From NCBI GenBank assembly GCA_050916045.1, contig CP051526.1, forward strand, positions 1,088,001 through 1,152,000: DNA of 64,000 nt, given 5' to 3'. The notes under the pieces are model-generated. The model saw only the letters and a list, made by a program, of their open reading frames with translations, did not search any database and was not told the DNA's origin. The position numbers and the translations under genes were made by a program. Of this stretch, positions 1 to 7,591 are shown in pieces (the first letter of the stretch is position 1; each line of letters opens with the position of its first letter). Origin of the DNA: Tepidisphaera sp. (lineage in GTDB: Bacteria > Planctomycetota > Phycisphaerae > Phycisphaerales > UBA1924).

Positions 1-455
1 ATCTGCTCGATCTCAACCCCGCCCTCGCGGCTGGCGATCAGGATGTTGCGGCGTGTCTTGCGGTCGGTGGTGACGGCGAGGTAGAACTCTTCCTTGCCCG
101 GCTTGCCGCCGCCGGTCGCCGGCCGATCCGCGATGTCCGCGGCCTGCGCGACGAGCACCTTGCGGACTTCCAATCCTTCGGGCGGGGTCTGGGGGGACCG
201 CATGCGGTTGCTGAGCATGAACCGCACGGCTTCTTCGGCCTCGGCCGCGGACTTCACGAGCTTGACGAACCCGGCCTTGCCGCGTCCGCCGGCGTGGACC
301 TGGGCCTTGACCACGGCCATGGGCGTCTGCATCGCGCTGACGGCGGTCTTGAAAGCGCCGACGGCCTGATCGACGTTGTCGACGGTCGTGCCCGCGGGCA
401 CGGGGATCCCGGCTTGCTGAATGAGCTGACGGCCCTGGTATTCGTGGATCTTCAT
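1..455 (-). CDS. sucC: Succinyl-CoA synthetase beta subunit (5' part; runs off window)
   Basis: Manual translation from ATG at 455: MKIHEYQGRQLIQQAGIPVP...KAQVHAGGRGKAGFVK, the SucC N-terminal signature; not in the ORF track because it is truncated. Confidence 0.95.
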   Translation of the reverse strand, partial: MKIHEYQGRQLIQQAGIPVPAGTTVDNVDQAVGAFKTAVSAMQTPMAVVKAQVHAGGRGKAGFVKLVKSAAEAEEAVRFMLSNRMRSPQTPPEGLEVRKVLVAQAADIADRPATGGGKPGKEEFYLAVTTDRKTRRNILIASREGGVEIEQ

Positions 456-475
456 GGCCGGAGGATAGGCGGGGG

Positions 476-590
476 GGCAAATGGCCAAAGGGCCAAAGGG
501 ACAAACGGCCAAAGGAAGAGGGGCTCCGGCGATGGCCGGGGCCCCTCTTCCTTCATGCCTTTCTTTGGCCCTTTGACCCTTTGGCGATTT
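476..590. repeat. 17-bp-stem hairpin flanked by inverted octamer (GGCCAAAG) tandem repeats
   Basis: ggccaaag-like x4 (483-514), stem ggaagaggggctccggc-gatg-gccggggcccctcttcc (514-551), then tttggccc-like x3 (564-587). Confidence 0.75.
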
Positions 591-591
591 C

Positions 592-1287
592 CTAAGCCGC
601 GAGCCGGACGCTCGTAAACGTCGTCCCCTCGCCCAGGCCGAACTGCACCGTCACAGCATCGCTCGGTTCGCCGCTCCGGGTGCCGCGGAAGCCCTGCACG
701 ATGTACTGGGCCCCCGAGGCGGCGGCGGAAGCGGGGACGGTCGAGTCGGTGAAGAACGCCCGGCGGGATTCGCTGGTGATCCCCGGGGCCCCGCCGATCC
801 CGACAAAGCCGGCCGTCCCTGGCAGCTTGCGGGAGACGGTGAAGAACGTCCCGCTGCTCGCCGCCGCGTTCACCGCATCCCAGCTGAGCGTGACGCTCCC
901 GTCGGGCTCCAGCGTGACGGAGAAGTTGGCGGGCTTGCCGGGCGCGGGAAGGGGCGTGGGCGGGGTGGGGGCGGGGATCTGCGCGGCGGCGTAGACGACG
1001 CTCGGGTTGGCCTGAAGCTCGGCGAAGGCCTTGATCTGCCGGATGAGGTCGGCGACCTGCCCGCGCATGATGCCGGCGGAGCTGTTGAGCGTGGTGGTGA
1101 ACGCCTTGCTCGCCTGCCGCGCCACCTGCGCATCGTTGAACGCCTTTCGGGCGTTGGCCGTCGCGGTGGTCAGGGCCGTGCACTGAAGAGCGTTCAAACC
1201 CACGGCCGCAGGTGCCGCCGACCACACGGGGTTGTGGGCTTCGCAGAACTCGATCTGCTGGATCACGGTTTCGGGAAGGATGGACAT
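592..1287 (-). CDS. Hypothetical protein: helical N-terminus, Pro linker, FN3/Ig-like C-terminal domain
   Basis: MSILPETV...; amphipathic helices, PAPTPPTPLPAPGKP linker, then 'FSVTLEPDGSVTLSW...YIVQGFRG...S' FN3-like pattern; host-like codon use. Confidence 0.75.
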   Translation of the reverse strand: MSILPETVIQQIEFCEAHNPVWSAAPAAVGLNALQCTALTTATANARKAFNDAQVARQASKAFTTTLNSSAGIMRGQVADLIRQIKAFAELQANPSVVYAAAQIPAPTPPTPLPAPGKPANFSVTLEPDGSVTLSWDAVNAAASSGTFFTVSRKLPGTAGFVGIGGAPGITSESRRAFFTDSTVPASAAASGAQYIVQGFRGTRSGEPSDAVTVQFGLGEGTTFTSVRLAA

Positions 1288-1496
1288 TGTTAGATTTCCT
1301 TCAGCATGGCACACTCTTGAGCAGACCTATCTTGACAGGGTGCCAAGAAGGAAGTAGGCTGCTCGAAGAGTTCATGTCGGAACTCGGCGTATCGAAACAT
1401 CAGAAACGGAGCAGCCCATGAAACTTGAATCAAGAAAAGCGGCGATGGGTCTTGTCCAGGGCGGTTCTCGGAACATGCTTGCATCCTCCGTTCGTG

Positions 1497-1670
1497 CGGA
1501 GATCGCCTCCGTGCCCACGAAGGGAGCGCCGACGGCCGCGGAGATGATCTCCGTGCCCACGGAAGGAGCGCCCACGGCCACGGAGATGATCTCCGCTGGC
1601 ACGAAGAGAGCGCCCGTGCCCACGAAGACAACCTCCGTGCTCGCCAACGGAGCGTCCATGGGCACGAAGA
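1497..1670. repeat. Degenerate 21-bp tandem array (8 units plus a partial, alternating A/B types)
   Basis: Units from 1497: cggagatcgcctccgtgccca / cgaagggagcgccgacggccg / cggagatgatctccgtgccca / cggaaggagcgcccacggcca / cggagatgatctccgctggca / cgaagagagcgcccgtgccca / cgaagacaacctccgtgctcg / ccaacggagcgtccatgggca. Confidence 0.85.
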
Positions 1671-3079
1671 TCGTTCAAGCAGGCCAAAACGGCCCCTCGA
1701 AGGCCACGCGTTTCGGTCGGGTGCCGGCCTTGGCCGCATGCCTGCTCTTCACGGTGGGGGCCGTCCGAGCCCAGTGCCTCAACCCGGTCCAGACCGCGCG
1801 GCTAACGCCTACGGACGCGATGCCGGGGGACCGGATGGGAGAAGTCCTTTCGGCGACCGATGAGATGTTCGCGGTGGGAGTGGGCGGCGACGACACCGTT
1901 GGCGGTGAGAACGCGGGCTCCGTCGTGGTCTTTCAGAGGACCAACGGTCAGTGGGTCTTCCACTCCCGGCTCACCGCCTCGGACGGTCGCGCGGGCGACC
2001 TCTTCGGAAACGCGGTAGCGATGACCGAGAGTGTTCTTGTCGTGGGCGCGTACGACGCCGACGGTCCCAACGGAACCACCGATGTCGGAAAGGCGTACGT
2101 CTTCGAACTTGAAAATAACGTCTGGGTTGAGAAGGCGATTCTGACCGCCGAGGACCCCGCAACGAACAGCTTTACGGGCAAAGCTGTCGCGGTGTCGGGC
2201 ACCACAGTCATGATGCACGAGAACATCAATACGGTCGCGGTCTTTGACCGGATCGGTGGCGTTTGGACCCGTACGCAGACGTTGGCACCTTCAAACACAA
2301 TCTTCTTCGGCGATTCAATCGTAGTTCGAGGCGAGACCGCGGCCATCGGCGACCCCGCTGGAGATACCCGCCCGGGAAGCGTTCTGGTTTACATCCGACA
2401 GAACGGTCAATGGGTCCTCCAGCATCGATTCATGGGTCCCGAAGTGGCCAACGGCAACTACTTTGGTGGAAGGGTGGACCTCGACGGGAACACCCTCGTC
2501 GTCGGGCAGGTCAAGGGGTGCACCAACTGCGAGTCGATCGGCAAAGCCTTTGTGTACACGCGGTCGACCTACGAGGGGCCATGGAGTCTCGAAGCTGTGT
2601 TGTCGATGCCCGAGACGCAGAACCGCGACCTGTTCGGCGAGTTCGTCGCGATCCGGGGCGATCTCGCCGTCGTGAGCGCTCGTCTGAGGAACGACCCGCC
2701 CGGAAACGAGTCGGGCGTCGCCCGCGTCTTCCAGCGATCGGGAGGCCTGTGGAACTACTGCGCCGCGTTGACACCCACGCCTCATGCGGCCGGTGACCGA
2801 TTTGGCGGCGCTCTTGCCTTGGTTGGCCGCGTGGCCATCGTGGGAGCGAGTCAATTCAGCGCTCCCCCCGCCGAAGGATACATGACCGTGATTGCCATCA
2901 CCCCCTGCCCCCCCGACTTCAACTGCGATGGCTTCCTCGACTTCTTCGACTACGACGCCTTCGTCGAGTGCTTCGAGACCGAGGTCTGCGGTGCGAACAC
3001 CGCCGACTTCAACGCCGACGGCTTCGTCGATTTCTTCGACTACGACGCCTTCGTCGCCGCCTTCGAAGCCGGCTGCTAG
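1658..3079 (+). CDS. Secreted FG-GAP repeat beta-propeller protein with C-terminal dockerin-like (GC-type) tail
   Basis: Signal-like ALAACLLFTVGAVRAQ; repeated 'D.FG.AVA...LVVGA...G.AYVF'; tail CPPDFNCDGFLDFFDY...FEAGC; start uncertain (1418/1658/1721). Confidence 0.85.
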   Translation: MGTKIVQAGQNGPSKATRFGRVPALAACLLFTVGAVRAQCLNPVQTARLTPTDAMPGDRMGEVLSATDEMFAVGVGGDDTVGGENAGSVVVFQRTNGQWVFHSRLTASDGRAGDLFGNAVAMTESVLVVGAYDADGPNGTTDVGKAYVFELENNVWVEKAILTAEDPATNSFTGKAVAVSGTTVMMHENINTVAVFDRIGGVWTRTQTLAPSNTIFFGDSIVVRGETAAIGDPAGDTRPGSVLVYIRQNGQWVLQHRFMGPEVANGNYFGGRVDLDGNTLVVGQVKGCTNCESIGKAFVYTRSTYEGPWSLEAVLSMPETQNRDLFGEFVAIRGDLAVVSARLRNDPPGNESGVARVFQRSGGLWNYCAALTPTPHAAGDRFGGALALVGRVAIVGASQFSAPPAEGYMTVIAITPCPPDFNCDGFLDFFDYDAFVECFETEVCGANTADFNADGFVDFFDYDAFVAAFEAGC

Positions 3080-3223
3080 AGCGGGCCGACCCGGCACGCA
3101 AAGCCCGCGGCCCGCGCACCGATCCCGCCGATCACGCTTGGCGCTGCCCCCGCCATCGGGTACGCTGCGCCGTTGTTCGATGACGGGTTCCGGTCCAAGG
3201 AATTTCGCGAAGGAGGGGTGGTC

Positions 3224-4654
3224 ATGTGTGCCAGGATGAAGAGCGATGGTCCGGCTCCCGGTATCGCGACGATGCACGCTTTCGCCCTGGCCTTGGCGGG
3301 CGCGGCCGGGCTGGTGATGCCCGGTGGAGAGGCACATGGGCAGCCGTGCGCGCGGATGGCGGACCTGACGCCGCTGGATGGGGGCTTGGATGCGCGGGGC
3401 TGGGAGTCCTCTGCGACTGCGGTGTCCGCGGACGGGCGCGTGGCGGTCGGGTTCGAGCGCCCCGGGGGCGGGATCGCCCGAGCCGTGCGGTGGACGTGGC
3501 CGGAGGTAGGAACGGGAGGGACGGGCGGCGGCGGGGGTGGGCACGCCCAGGACCTGGGCGCGATCGATGACCACAACCGATGGGCGCTCGGCGTCTCCGC
3601 CGACGGGAGCGTGGTCATGGGTCTGAACTTCGGGACCTTCGGCGGTCGCCGGAAGGGGTTCCGCTGGACCGCCGCGGGCGGGATGCGTGACATCGGGTCG
3701 CTCGGGGGGGATTTCTGCCAGCCCGAAGCCATGACGGCGGAAGGGAACGTGATCGTCGGGGGTTCAACGGATGCGGCGGGCCGGATCACGGCGTTCCGCT
3801 GGTCCATGAACGAGAGCGGCGGCGGCATGCAGAACCTTGGAACGGGGGCGGGTGTCCGGTCCGACGCGTTCGGCGTCTCCGCCGATGGCGCGGTGGTGGT
3901 GGGCCGCCTGACGTACGAGTCCGGCGCGACCGCGGCGGTGATCTGGAACGCGGCGGGGGAGATGCGGGTGCTCGGCACGCTCGGGGGCGTCACCGGCAGC
4001 GCGAACGCGATCTCGGCGGATGGGAGCGTCGTCGTCGGGACCACCACGCTCGCGGACGGGCAGATCCGAGCGTTCCGATGGACCGATCAGGCCGGCATGG
4101 CCGATCTCGGCACGCTCGGCGGGAACAACTCCCGGGGCGTGAAGATCAGCGCGGACGGCCTCGTGCTCGCCGGCACCGCGAGGAACAGCGGCGGCTTCGA
4201 GCGGGCCTATCGATGGACGGAGACGGGGGGCATGGAGGACCTTGGGGCGCTCGACGGTTCATCGTCCACCGTGCGGGGGATGTCGGCGGACGGCCGCACG
4301 ATCGTGGGCCAGGCGCGCGTGGCCAGTAGCGAGATCCATGCTTTCCGCTGGACGCGCGAGACCGGCATGATCGACCTGGGCATGCTGCCGCCCTTCGGGG
4401 GCCGTGAGCCCTCGTCGACGGGCTTGGCGGTCTCCGCCGACGGCGCGGTCGTCGTCGGATCTTCCCGGAGCCACGCGTTCCGCTGGGCGCCCGTGACCGC
4501 CGACTTCAACCGGGACGGCATCACGGACCTCTTCGACTATGGCGACTTCGTCGCCGCTTTCGAAGACGGAACGGCGGCCGACTTCAACGCCGACGGCTTC
4601 GTCGACTTCTTCGACTTTGGCGACTTCGTCGCCGCCTTCGAAGCCGGGTGCTGA
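3224..4654 (+). CDS. Secreted HAF-repeat extracellular protein with dockerin-like (GC-type) tail
   Basis: AGGAGG upstream of ATG 3224; repeats 'A.GVSADG.VVVG...AFRWT...GM.DLG.LGG'; tail ADFNADGFVDFFDF...FEAGC. Confidence 0.88.
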   Translation: MCARMKSDGPAPGIATMHAFALALAGAAGLVMPGGEAHGQPCARMADLTPLDGGLDARGWESSATAVSADGRVAVGFERPGGGIARAVRWTWPEVGTGGTGGGGGGHAQDLGAIDDHNRWALGVSADGSVVMGLNFGTFGGRRKGFRWTAAGGMRDIGSLGGDFCQPEAMTAEGNVIVGGSTDAAGRITAFRWSMNESGGGMQNLGTGAGVRSDAFGVSADGAVVVGRLTYESGATAAVIWNAAGEMRVLGTLGGVTGSANAISADGSVVVGTTTLADGQIRAFRWTDQAGMADLGTLGGNNSRGVKISADGLVLAGTARNSGGFERAYRWTETGGMEDLGALDGSSSTVRGMSADGRTIVGQARVASSEIHAFRWTRETGMIDLGMLPPFGGREPSSTGLAVSADGAVVVGSSRSHAFRWAPVTADFNRDGITDLFDYGDFVAAFEDGTAADFNADGFVDFFDFGDFVAAFEAGC

Positions 4655-4692
4655 GGGGGTTGGCTCGGGCCCGCGGCCTCCGCGCTCGCTTC

Positions 4693-5364
4693 TCACCGCA
4701 TCGGCCGGTCAAACAGCGAGGAGCTGACGTTCTTGCCCAGCCGCTCGGAGATGTACTCGATGATGTAGACGTTGACGTCGCGGCCGGCGAGGCGGGCCTC
4801 CTGCTCCAGCCACGCCGACCAGTACTCGTACGACGAGGTCTCGTCGAACTTCCAGTCCTCCCCCTCCTTGATGAACGTGTACCGGTACGGCAACGCCTTG
4901 CGCGTCCGCGCGCCCACCGGCTGCGCGTACGCCGTGTCCCGTCCGGCGAACTTGTAGTTCGTCAGCAGCACCCCGCTGACCTCTTCCGGGTCGCGGTCGA
5001 ACGAGTACCAACCCTGCTTGGTCGAGTGGATCGCGTACTCCTTGCCGGTCATCTTCTCCGCCAGCTTCCGCGGCAGCGCCGCCCGGATCATCGCGACCTC
5101 CACCCGGTCCACCACCGAAGCCGCGAGGATCTCGCTCTTGGTCCCGTCCAGCGCCAGCTTCAGGTTCCGCTCGTAATGATCGAACGTGCTCTGGCTCAGG
5201 ATCCGGGCGATCGTCGCCCCGTCCTTGGCTTCATTCGCCTTCGCGTGCGTGTTGATGAGCGCCTGCAAAGCCTGCTTGTCAGCCGCGTGGGCGTCGCACC
5301 CCCAAAGCCCCGCCGCCATGACCACGGAAAGCAAAGCACCCACCAACCAGCCCGCGACGCGCAT
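4693..5364 (-). CDS. Hypothetical lipoprotein (possible NTF2-like fold)
   Basis: MRVAGWLVGALLSVVMAAGLWGC lipobox-like; 'YTFIKEGEDWKFD' NTF2-like strand; the longer ORF to 6015 is antisense to the next gene. Confidence 0.65.
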   Translation of the reverse strand: MRVAGWLVGALLSVVMAAGLWGCDAHAADKQALQALINTHAKANEAKDGATIARILSQSTFDHYERNLKLALDGTKSEILAASVVDRVEVAMIRAALPRKLAEKMTGKEYAIHSTKQGWYSFDRDPEEVSGVLLTNYKFAGRDTAYAQPVGARTRKALPYRYTFIKEGEDWKFDETSSYEYWSAWLEQEARLAGRDVNVYIIEYISERLGKNVSSSLFDRPMR

Positions 5365-5407
5365 GCAGTTCATGTGACGCATGGCCGGAGTATACATAAC
5401 CTCCTCG

Positions 5408-6631
5408 ATGCTCTTGATTGCCCTCGCGCTCATCTTCGCCAGCCCCGCGACCATCCTCTCCCGCGAGCCCACCCCCCACACCCCCAACGCCGTCCTCCCG
5501 GCTCCCGCCCGCGAGCCCGCCGTCCGCGACCAGATCCAGGCCGCTCTTGACGCCATGAGCAAAGCCGTCCTCGCCGGCGACCCCAAGGCGTACGCCGACC
5601 GCGTCGCCCCACGCTCACCCTTCTTCACCGTCGAGCAGGCCGAATGGGCCAAGGATCTGCTCAAGGCCGAGACCCGGCCCGTGGCTTTCACCGCCACCGT
5701 GAAGGATGACGGCGCTGTCGACGGGAACGGCTGGGTGGGGCCCGTCCGCTTCGCTTGGACCATGCCCACCACCGGCGAAGCCAAGACCTCCAAGGAAGCC
5801 GCCGTCGAGTTCGACATCCTCATGACCCGCACCGACCACGGTGTCTGGAAGTACGCCGGCGAAGCCATGGACGCCCTCGACGCCGACCCCAAAGCCGTCC
5901 ACGCCACCATCCACTTCCCCAAGGGCGCCAAGACCCCGCCCCCCGCCGCCCGCCAGATCGCCCAAGCTTTCCCCATCGCCAAAGCCCACGTCGACGCTTT
6001 CTTCGGCCAAGCCATCGACCGCGTCGAAGAGATCCGCCTCTACGACCGCCGCGATGTCCTCCAGTTCAGCGTCTACCCCTCGATGTTCCAGACCGACACC
6101 ACCCTCAGCGGCTGGAGCGAGACGGGCCAGTCCATCAAGTTTCTGACGAACTACGCCCGCGATGAAAAAGGCTGGACCGCCGCGTTCGCTCACGAGTACG
6201 GCCACGTCGCCACGTGGAACCTCGGCGACAAAGCCGCCGCCATGCCCTGGTGGGTTCAGGAAGGCATCGCCGAGCTCGCCGCCGAAACCTACACCGGCGG
6301 CCGGGCCCGCATCGACCCGATCATCGTGGCGTGGGCCAAACGTGACGGGCTGGCGATGTGGGACGAACTCGCCGACTACCGCAAGACCCCGCAGAACAAA
6401 CGCCGCCATCCGTACCACCAGGGCCACCACATGGTCGGGTTCATCCACGACACCCACGGCCGCGAGAAGTGCATCGCGTGGATCACCTCGATGGCCAAGG
6501 GCCGCTCGGTCGATGAGGCCGCCCGCGAGGTGCTCGCCAGGCCCTTCGCCGACCTCGACCGGGCCTGGCGTGAGCACGTCGCTGCGCTGGTCGCCAGAGC
6601 CAATGCCCCCGCCGAGAGCGAGAAGAAGTAG
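5408..6631 (+). CDS. Secreted gluzincin (peptidase MA-like) metallopeptidase with N-terminal NTF2-like domain
   Basis: Signal peptide; AHEYGH zinc motif followed by PWWVQEGIAE. Confidence 0.8.
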   Translation: MLLIALALIFASPATILSREPTPHTPNAVLPAPAREPAVRDQIQAALDAMSKAVLAGDPKAYADRVAPRSPFFTVEQAEWAKDLLKAETRPVAFTATVKDDGAVDGNGWVGPVRFAWTMPTTGEAKTSKEAAVEFDILMTRTDHGVWKYAGEAMDALDADPKAVHATIHFPKGAKTPPPAARQIAQAFPIAKAHVDAFFGQAIDRVEEIRLYDRRDVLQFSVYPSMFQTDTTLSGWSETGQSIKFLTNYARDEKGWTAAFAHEYGHVATWNLGDKAAAMPWWVQEGIAELAAETYTGGRARIDPIIVAWAKRDGLAMWDELADYRKTPQNKRRHPYHQGHHMVGFIHDTHGREKCIAWITSMAKGRSVDEAAREVLARPFADLDRAWREHVAALVARANAPAESEKK

Positions 6632-7588
6632 ATGACCCTCGCCAAGCCCACCGCGCGATTCCCCGTGATCGTCGGGCCCACCGCCGGCGGGAAGTCCGCG
6701 CTCGCCGTCGCCGTTGCGCACGAACTCGCCAAGCTCGGCCGCTTCGCCGAGATTGTGACCGCCGACTCGATCCAGATCTACCGCGGGCTCGACATCGGCT
6801 CGGCCAAGCCCACGCTCGCCGAACGCGCCGGTGTCCCGCACCACCTCATCGACCTCGTCGACCCCGACGGCCCCCCCTTCACCGTCGCACACTGGCTCCG
6901 CGAAGCCGAACGCGTCATCGCCGACATCCAGGCTCGCGGCGGCGTCCCCATCGTCGTCGGCGGCACCCACCTCTATGTCAAAGCGTTCCTCGATGGGATG
7001 TTCGAAGGCCCCGGCACCGACGAAGCCCTGCGCGAAGAGCTCCGCGCCCGCGGCTTGCCCGCGCTCCGCGAGGAACTCGAGCGTGTCGATCCCGCCGCCG
7101 CCGCCCGCATCCACCCCAACGACGAACGCCGCACGGTCCGGGCGCTCGAAGTCTTCCGCTTGACCGGCGCCGCCATCTCCTCCCGGCAGGAGCAGTGGGA
7201 CAAGGGCCGCCCAAGCCGCGAGGATTGCGTCCTCATCGGGCTGGACTGGCCGAGCGAACTCATCAACCCGCGCATCAACCAGCGCGTCCGCGACATGGTC
7301 ACCCTCGGGCTCGTCGAGGAAGTCCGATCGCTCCACACCGCCGGCCGCCTGGGCTCCCAAGCTCGCGAAGCCCTCGGGTACAAACAAATCCTGGCTCACC
7401 TCCAAGGCCGCTGCTCACTGACCGAAGCCATCGAAAAGGTCAAGATCGAGACCCGCAGGTTCGGCAAGAACCAGCGCACCTGGCTCAAACGACTCCGCAC
7501 GACTCCCGGTAGCGTCTGGATCGACGCGAACGAGACGCCCGCCGATGGCTGGCCGCTCATCGTCCTTCAGGCGATCGGATTGTCCTGA
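6632..7588 (+). CDS. miaA: tRNA dimethylallyltransferase
   Basis: GPTAGGKS, DSIQIYRGLDIGSAKP, HHLID, VGGTHLY, HPNDERR, KNQRTW. Confidence 0.97.
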   Translation: MTLAKPTARFPVIVGPTAGGKSALAVAVAHELAKLGRFAEIVTADSIQIYRGLDIGSAKPTLAERAGVPHHLIDLVDPDGPPFTVAHWLREAERVIADIQARGGVPIVVGGTHLYVKAFLDGMFEGPGTDEALREELRARGLPALREELERVDPAAAARIHPNDERRTVRALEVFRLTGAAISSRQEQWDKGRPSREDCVLIGLDWPSELINPRINQRVRDMVTLGLVEEVRSLHTAGRLGSQAREALGYKQILAHLQGRCSLTEAIEKVKIETRRFGKNQRTWLKRLRTTPGSVWIDANETPADGWPLIVLQAIGLS

Positions 7589-7591
7589 CCA

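Noticed and set aside
1497..1670. CRISPR array interpretation of the 21-bp repeats
   Set aside because: Units are contiguous and degenerate with no unique spacers, and there are no cas genes in the window.
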